Shown: in pieces, positions 58,310 through 64,000 of the stretch
How the letters are laid out: each line of letters opens with the position of its first letter
Numbering within the stretch: the first letter of the stretch is position 1
Origin: Candidatus Omnitrophota bacterium
GTDB taxonomy: Bacteria; Omnitrophota; Gorgyraeia; Zapsychrales; Fredricksoniimonadaceae
Reading direction: 5' to 3'
Assembly (NCBI GenBank): GCA_963828495.1
Contig: CAWHFJ010000009.1
Location: 298,338 to 362,337, forward strand
Length of the DNA: 64,000 nt
The notes under the pieces: model-generated
Told to the model about the DNA's origin: nothing
What the model saw: only the letters and a program-made list of their open reading frames with translations
The model's database searches: none
Translations under genes and position numbers: made by a program

Positions 58310-59092
58310 ATGCCCTTAGAGAATAAAAAACAACTCTTGATTATTCTTGGAGCTGTGGCCGCCGGGATTTTTGCGGTTATTTTGACCAGCGGTTATGTCA
58401 AAAGCAGCATTGAAGGACAGACTGCGGCTTTGGCCGAACGCTACGAGGTCAAGCAAAAAGAGGCAGTGTCCCAAATCCAACAGAGAAGCGATCAGCAGAT
58501 GGCGGCCTTGGCTGGGGAGTTGCAACGTGTCAAAGCCGAGCAGGCGCAGGCCATACAAAAACAAATGGCCGCTTTGCAGTCAGAGATACAAAGCAGGCCC
58601 ATCCAGCAACAGGTCATTGCCCCAGTTAAAAGACCCAAGCCGTCGTTGGCTCTAAAAACACCGGCAGGCAAGCGTGCGGTGACGGTGATGATCGATTCCC
58701 TGGAAGCGGTGGGCGGACTGCTTAATGCCGGAGATTTTGTGGACGTGATAGCCGAATTGAATGTGCCCGCACAAACAGCGGAGAAAAAAACCGTGACCGC
58801 GATGATTTTTCAGGGCTTACAGGTCTTGGCCGTCAATACCAATCTGGATGAGCCGGGCCAGTACGATCAACAGCAGGCTCCGGCCTTAAAAATTACGTTT
58901 GCGGTTGACCCGCAAGAAGCAGGACTTTTAGCTTTTGCCAATAAAAATGGCAAACTGCAGTTAGCCTTGCGTTCTCCGGATGAAATCCAGACCCAAAAGG
59001 TGAAAGCCTCCACTTGGAAAACCCTGGCGGACTATGTGTTACAAAATGAGGGGTATAATATTCAAAATCCAGACGGGGAGACCGGGGAATAA
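58310..59092 (+). CDS. cpaB: Flp/Tad pilus assembly protein CpaB/RcpC-like
   Basis: N-terminal TM helix, a Gln-rich coiled coil, then PAGKRAVTVMIDSLEAVGGLLNAGDFVDVIA and a KLQLALRSP-type C-terminus typical of CpaB. Confidence 0.75.
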   Translation: MPLENKKQLLIILGAVAAGIFAVILTSGYVKSSIEGQTAALAERYEVKQKEAVSQIQQRSDQQMAALAGELQRVKAEQAQAIQKQMAALQSEIQSRPIQQQVIAPVKRPKPSLALKTPAGKRAVTVMIDSLEAVGGLLNAGDFVDVIAELNVPAQTAEKKTVTAMIFQGLQVLAVNTNLDEPGQYDQQQAPALKITFAVDPQEAGLLAFANKNGKLQLALRSPDEIQTQKVKASTWKTLADYVLQNEGYNIQNPDGETGE

Positions 59093-59152
59093 ACCCGCAG
59101 AGAAAAAATCAAACATTCAAATTTTTAGAGGAGGCAAGGAACTCTAACGGAT

Positions 59153-60881
59153 ATGAAACCCCATTTTCTAAAATATTTTTTTAGCATTGTCTTTATTTTT
59201 GTTTTTATGATGGCGCGAGGGGCATTTTTATCTGCGCAGGAGAATGCGACAGACACAGACGCTATTGATTTGGTTGTTGGGGATATTGAAAATGTAACGG
59301 CTAACGGTTTAATACGGGTGTCTATTACCAACCCGGAGATAGCAGATATTTCAGACGTCCAAAGCGGCAAAGTTTCGCTGTTGGCCAAAAGAGCCGGAGA
59401 GACAATTTTGTTTTTGTGGGACTCTTCGGGCAAGCGCAGCATGAAAGTGCGCGTGGTGAATGAAGATTTAAGCGTGGTCAAGGCCCGTGTGCAGAAGATA
59501 TTAGATGAAGCGAACATGTCAGGCATTTCTTTGCAAATCAACACGGATGAAGGCAAGGTCGTTGTGTCCGGGGCTGTTTCCAAGGACAATAAAGTCAGGT
59601 TGGATAAAATTTTGGGTGGCTATAAGGACAGCTTGTTGAATTTTGTTACAGAAGAAAAAGACGAGTCCTTGATCCAGGTGGATATGCAGATTGTGGAAAT
59701 CAGCACGTCTTTGGAGAAAGATTTGGGAATCCTTTGGGGGACGGGGAGTGGCGGGACAGGGACAGTCACTGTGGGTAGTGGGAGTACGAATTCCGGCGCT
59801 GTCAATCTTAATTATGGGGAAAATATGCCTTCGGGGCACAAATTTGCAGACCTTTTTAAGATAGGCAGTTTTCAGCGGACAACTCCGTTAGAGGCCACAG
59901 TTAATGCGTTGGTCCAAGAAGGCAAGGCACGGCTTATTTCCAAGCCCCGCCTGGTGGTAGTCAGCGGCAAACAAGCCAGTTTCTTGGTGGGCGGAGAAAT
60001 TCCCGTTGAAAACACGACCACTAATTCCATAGGGACTTCACAAACCACCAGCACGACCTATTCACAATATGGGGTTAATTTGATGGTCACGCCGACCCTC
60101 CGCGCAGGGAAAATCGATGTACAACTCAATGTGGATATTCGAGACATTGACTCCGCGCCGCCGGCTGGCTCGTCCAATAGTGGAAATGGCTTTTATTACG
60201 CGCTCGGCCCAGACCGACTTATTGATGGACAATAAGCAGACCATCGTACTGGCGGGGTTGATTAAATATTCCGACTCGGAACAAGTGACCTCGGTCCCGT
60301 TTCTTTCTAAAATTCCTATTGTGGGGGCCTTGTTTAGAAATCGTAACAACCCCGGGGATAGCAACACGGAAATGGTGATTATTGTGACACCGATGGTGCT
60401 TGCCGACAAGAAATTCGCGGACAAACAATTGGTGATGCCCACTCCGGCGGAGCGTCAGAGTTGGCAAGAAATAGATGCGAAGTATGAGCATGAACCTCTT
60501 GCCGGCAACAAGAGCACTGCCCCGGATAATAGCGCAACGCCGCTATCGGAAATGACGATCTACGCGCGCCTTATTCAAGAGAAAATTTCCAAGATGATTA
60601 CCTATCCACAGGAGGCCATGCAGAATTATTGGACAGGCACCGTGAAACTCAGGCTAAGGATTCTTAGAAACGGGACATTGGCTTCAGGTGAAGTTGTTCA
60701 ATCTTCAGGTCATGCGGTCTTTGATGAGGATGCGCTACGTGCCGCCCAAATGGGCGCTCCCTATGACGCATTTACGGCAGGGATGAATCAGGATGAGCTG
60801 GTTTTTATGGTCCCTATCGTTTATAATAAGGTGACTGAGGGGGGGCAATCGCTGCCGGAGAAAGTCATTGCCTCGTACTAG
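59153..60881 (+). CDS. cpaC: CpaC/RcpA-type secretin fused to a C-terminal TonB_C-like domain, one frame change
   Basis: Signal peptide, a pilus-formation N-terminal domain (IDLVVGDIENV..ITNPEIADI), a BON-like region and a secretin core (GKARLISKPRLVVVSGKQASFLVGGEIPV ... VPFLSKIPIVGALFRNR). The frame changes near 60175. The last ~95 aa (YPQEAMQNYWTGTVKLRLRILRNGTL..VVQSSGHAVFDEDALRAA) look like TonB_C. Confidence 0.8.
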
Positions 60882-60969
60882 GCGTCCTCTCGTTCGTCGC
60901 TGAAAAACGATCCTATCGGCATTAAATCTCCCCGTGACAAAATTGTAAATCGTGATAAAATAAAAAACT

Positions 60970-63144
60970 ATGTCTTGTAAAATCATAACAGTGTTCAGTA
61001 ATAAGGGCGGGGTGGGCAAGACCTTTATTGCGGTCAATATCGCGTGTGCCTTAAGCCTGAAGGCTAAAAGGGTGTTGCTTGTTGATTTGAGTTTACAGGC
61101 CAGCCAGGACATGGCGCGCATGCTCAATTGTTCGGCGACGTATTGTTTGGTGGATATTCTCAACGCCATGGAAAGCCCCCTTGCCGACACGATCAAAAAA
61201 CATGTGGTGACGCATACCAGCGGGCTGCATTTTTTGCCGGGCATACGTTCCCCACGGCAAAGCGGACATATTACGCCGGATAATCTGCGCGTATTCTTCA
61301 AAAAAGCGGCTGGTCAGTATGATTATATTATCGTTGACAGCGGCAGCACGTTTAGCGAGACTTTTATCAGTATCCTGGATTCCTCCAATCTGATTCTACT
61401 GGTGGCCACGCCGGACATTCTGGCGGTGTATCAAGTCAAAACCAGTTTGAGTATTTTGCAGAGCCTGCATTTTCCGGTCAAGATGGTCCGCTTGATTTTA
61501 AACCGGGCGGAAAGCCGGGGGGGTGTCGCCTGGCAGGAAGTCAAAACCGCCTTGGCCTGCGACATTTTTGCGTTGATCCCCTCAGACGGTAAGACGGTAG
61601 GCATGTCTTTAAACCGCGGGATCCCCTGCGTCATGGACAACCCTGACGCCAAAGTTTCCGGGACTTTTTTTGAACTGGCGGAACAATTAGAAAACGAAAG
61701 CATTTATGTGCAGGCGTCCGACGTCATCAAGGTGCGCGTCACGGACGATGTTTTCAATAAAACGGATGCGTTTTGGGAAAAATTCGGCATTAGTTCCAAT
61801 CCGGCCGCAGAGCTAGATTTTAAAAAAGAAGAAGACGAGGTCATTAAATTAAAAAGGGCCATTCATCATCGTTTAGTGGAGCGCATGAATTTACAAAAAA
61901 TGTCCCCGGAGACCCTCAATGACCCCTCCCAGGCCGTTCATATGCGTAAAGCGGCGGAGAAGGTTGTTACGGAATTATTGACGGAGACCTCGGGCGGGTT
62001 TCTCTCCAGCCATGAGGAGCGTTCCAAATTAGTCGGGGAGATCGTCTCGGAAGCGTTAGGGTTGGGCCCTCTGGAAGATCTGCTGGCCGACGAGACTATT
62101 ACGGACATCCTGGTCAACAATAAAGATGAAATTTTCGTGGAGAAGAACGGGAAGATTGTGCTGACGAATAAAAGGTTTGTGACTAATGAACAGGTCCGCG
62201 CCACGATCGATCGCATCATCGCGCCGTTAGGCCGCCGTATCGATGAATCGACGCCCATGGTGGACGCACGCCTGCCCGACGGGTCCCGCATCAACGCGAT
62301 CATCCCGCCATTGTCGCTCAACGGCCCCATGATTACGGTCCGCAAGTTTGCCCAGACCCGTTATACGATGGAGGATATGCTGAATCGTTTTAAGAGTCTT
62401 TCCCAGCCGATGGCGGATTTTTTAGATGCCTGCGTCCTGGGGCGCAAGAACATCATCGTCTCCGGAGGCACCGGTGCCGGAAAAACCACCCTGCTTAATA
62501 TTATTTCACACTTTATTCCCGACAATGAGCGCATTATCACCATTGAAGACGCGGCAGAGCTGCGTCTGAGCAAAACACATTGGGCCAGATTAGAAAGCCG
62601 TTCGGCCAACATTGAAGGCCGGGGCCAGGTAACGATCAGAGACCTTTTTATCAATACCTTGCGCATGCGTCCTGACCGGATTATTATTGGGGAGTGCCGC
62701 GGCCCGGAAGTTTTGGACATGCTGCAGGCGATGAATACGGGGCATGACGGTTCTTTGACCACCCTGCATGCGAACACCCCCCGGGATGTGCTTTCGCGTC
62801 TGGCTTCGATGGTTTTGTTATCAGGGATTGAACTGCCCCTGCGTGCGATTTATGAAATGTCCGCTTCCGCGATCCATATTATTGTCCAAATCAATCGGTT
62901 TTCCGACGGGTCGCGTAAAATCACAGCGATTTCCGAGATGACCGGAAGGATGGTGGATAACCTTCCGGAAATCAAAGACGTGTTTGTGTTTTCGCATAAA
63001 GGGGTCAATGCCGAAGGTCAGGTTATTGGAGAATACGAAGCGACCGGCTATGTGCCTAAATGTTTTGAAGATCTGCTTTCCAGGGGTGTAACACTCAGCA
63101 AAACCATATTTAGTAATAACAGCATAAGCCAAAATCCGGCGTAG
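60970..63144 (+). CDS. Single-polypeptide fusion of a CpaE/TadZ-like ParA-type ATPase and a CpaF/TadA secretion ATPase
   Basis: The N-terminal ~245 aa carry a deviant Walker A (SNKGGVGKTFIAVNIA). The C-terminal ~430 aa form a CpaF core (ITDILVNN, GGTGAGKTTLLN, ERIITIEDAAEL, RPDRIIIGECRG, GHDGSLTTLHAN). One uninterrupted 724-codon ORF. Confidence 0.85.
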   Translation: MSCKIITVFSNKGGVGKTFIAVNIACALSLKAKRVLLVDLSLQASQDMARMLNCSATYCLVDILNAMESPLADTIKKHVVTHTSGLHFLPGIRSPRQSGHITPDNLRVFFKKAAGQYDYIIVDSGSTFSETFISILDSSNLILLVATPDILAVYQVKTSLSILQSLHFPVKMVRLILNRAESRGGVAWQEVKTALACDIFALIPSDGKTVGMSLNRGIPCVMDNPDAKVSGTFFELAEQLENESIYVQASDVIKVRVTDDVFNKTDAFWEKFGISSNPAAELDFKKEEDEVIKLKRAIHHRLVERMNLQKMSPETLNDPSQAVHMRKAAEKVVTELLTETSGGFLSSHEERSKLVGEIVSEALGLGPLEDLLADETITDILVNNKDEIFVEKNGKIVLTNKRFVTNEQVRATIDRIIAPLGRRIDESTPMVDARLPDGSRINAIIPPLSLNGPMITVRKFAQTRYTMEDMLNRFKSLSQPMADFLDACVLGRKNIIVSGGTGAGKTTLLNIISHFIPDNERIITIEDAAELRLSKTHWARLESRSANIEGRGQVTIRDLFINTLRMRPDRIIIGECRGPEVLDMLQAMNTGHDGSLTTLHANTPRDVLSRLASMVLLSGIELPLRAIYEMSASAIHIIVQINRFSDGSRKITAISEMTGRMVDNLPEIKDVFVFSHKGVNAEGQVIGEYEATGYVPKCFEDLLSRGVTLSKTIFSNNSISQNPA

Positions 63145-63154
63145 GACCCTCCCC

Positions 63155-63490
63155 ATGGTCGTTAACCTGACCCGTCAGTGTACGATAGCGTCGAGTGTTA
63201 AAGTGGCCAGTAATCCCTGGCAACGTGTTAAAGGGCTGCTGGGGGCGCGCCATCTGCCTCAAAAAGAGGCGCTGGTCATAACCCGCTGTCAGTCCATTCA
63301 CATGGTTTTTATGAAATTCCCTATTGATGTGATTTTTTGTGATGCCCAAAATACAGTGGTGGGCTTGTGTGAAAACATCCAACCTTTTTGTTTTTCCCCG
63401 ATTTTTTGGAAAGCGTCATATGCCATTGAATTGCCTGCAGGCAGTATAAATGCTTCCAATACCCAAATAGGGGACCAAATGCAGATGTAA
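63155..63490 (+). CDS. DUF192 (COG1430)-like small protein
   Basis: 111 aa. RVKGLLG....AL.I..C.SIHMVFMKFPIDVIF and AIELPAG resemble DUF192, by my recognition only. Confidence 0.65.
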   Translation: MVVNLTRQCTIASSVKVASNPWQRVKGLLGARHLPQKEALVITRCQSIHMVFMKFPIDVIFCDAQNTVVGLCENIQPFCFSPIFWKASYAIELPAGSINASNTQIGDQMQM

Positions 63491-63546
63491 TTTCAAGACC
63501 GGGTCCTGCCTCGGCATTAATTTCACAGCATTGTCGAATTCCCACG

Positions 63547-63598
63547 TTGACGCAATATAGACTTGTGTTATAATAATGTCCAGTCTGGACATTATTAT
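63547..63598 (+). promoter_or_regulatory. Promoter plus a 29-bp perfect palindrome (candidate operator) upstream of the HTH gene
   Basis: TTGACG (63547..63552), a 16-nt spacer, then TATAAT (63569..63574). The palindrome ATAATAATGTCCAG-T-CTGGACATTATTAT (63570..63598) runs from the -10 box into the ATG. Confidence 0.45.
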
Positions 63599-64000
63599 GG
63601 GTGTTACCTATAAATTAAGAGAAGATGTTGTCCGTTTTATTATCAGCCAAAGGCAAAATAATCCTCTTTTTTCCTGCCGCCAACTGGCTGAATCCGTATC
63701 TCAACAATTTGGCATACGCCTTTCTAAGTCATCAGTTCATGATGTCCTTAAGGAATCCGGTGCAGTGACCCCCCGCGGGCGTAAACCCAAAGATAAATTT
63801 CAAATTCCTATAGAAAAAAAGAAACAGATTCAGGTTAGTTTATCCCAAGCAAGTACTGGCAAATCCCCCCGCAACAAAAGATCCTACGAGTGTCATTGCG
63901 AGCCCGCAGGTCGAAATTGCTTCGCCGTTAAAAACACTCCTCGCCATGACACGCAGAAGGGATCGCCCCCTCTTCAGAAGGAAGACATTAAGGAAGCTGA
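63597..64000 (+). CDS. HTH-domain protein, 3' end outside the window (regulator or transposase-like N-terminus)
   Basis: An open frame runs from the ATG at 63597 to the window end. It begins MGVTYKLREDVVRFIISQRQNNPLFSCRQLAESVSQQFGIRLSKSSVHDVLKESG, an HTH-like region. The distal part runs through a REP-like element, so the true length is uncertain. Confidence 0.45.
   Translation, partial: MGVTYKLREDVVRFIISQRQNNPLFSCRQLAESVSQQFGIRLSKSSVHDVLKESGAVTPRGRKPKDKFQIPIEKKKQIQVSLSQASTGKSPRNKRSYECHCEPAGRNCFAVKNTPRHDTQKGSPPLQKEDIKEA
63890..63952. repeat. REP/MITE-like imperfect inverted repeat carrying the GTGTCATTGCGAG core
   Basis: GTGTCATTGCGAG (63890..63902) pairs with CTCGCCATGACAC (63940..63952) at 12 of 13 positions, with a 37-nt spacer. 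The core is the same as in the 3099..3170 tandem repeat. Confidence 0.5.

Noticed and set aside
60735-61301. 188-aa minus-strand ORF bridging the cpaC end and the cpaE-cpaF start
   Set aside because: It is antisense to two well-supported genes and the spacer between them, with no recognisable family and a Cys/Arg-rich composition.

Overview
Origin-of-replication region of a bacterial chromosome. No rRNA, CRISPR or clear prophage was seen, and the repeat families and gene content suggest an uncultivated lineage (inference only). The conserved core is rpmH-yidD-yidC-jagN-parA-parB on the minus strand, diverging from dnaA-dnaN-dciA-gyrB-gyrA on the plus strand. Three perfect DnaA boxes lie between dnaA and dnaN, and a parS palindrome sits upstream of parA.

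The left end carries complex I as two converging operons: nuoL-M-N on the plus strand, and mrp-DRTGG-nuoA-B-C-D-E-F-G-H-I on the minus strand. The middle holds a translation block (thrS-infC-rpmI-rplT-rSAM-pheS-pheT, five tRNAs, gltX), rny-ymdB, rarA and the folate gene, plus an accessory stretch at 12.7-26.2 kb. That stretch has three TMTC/PMT-like GT-C glycosyltransferases with TPR tails, two of them sharing a perfect 1178-bp repeat. It also has a secreted Gln-rich protein, an ECF sigma operon and three PilZ proteins.

The right end carries a Tad-like pilus locus with unusual fusions: a secretin with a TonB_C domain, and CpaE joined to CpaF. It has no visible pilin or TadB/TadC.

About 27 reading-frame breaks interrupt otherwise clean genes, including essential ones (gyrA, gltX, nuoM, nuoN, mdh). 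They cluster at 1.6-5.1 kb and 52-60 kb, which points to indel errors in the assembly rather than real gene decay. All calls come from reading the supplied translations and sequence by eye. No database search was run.
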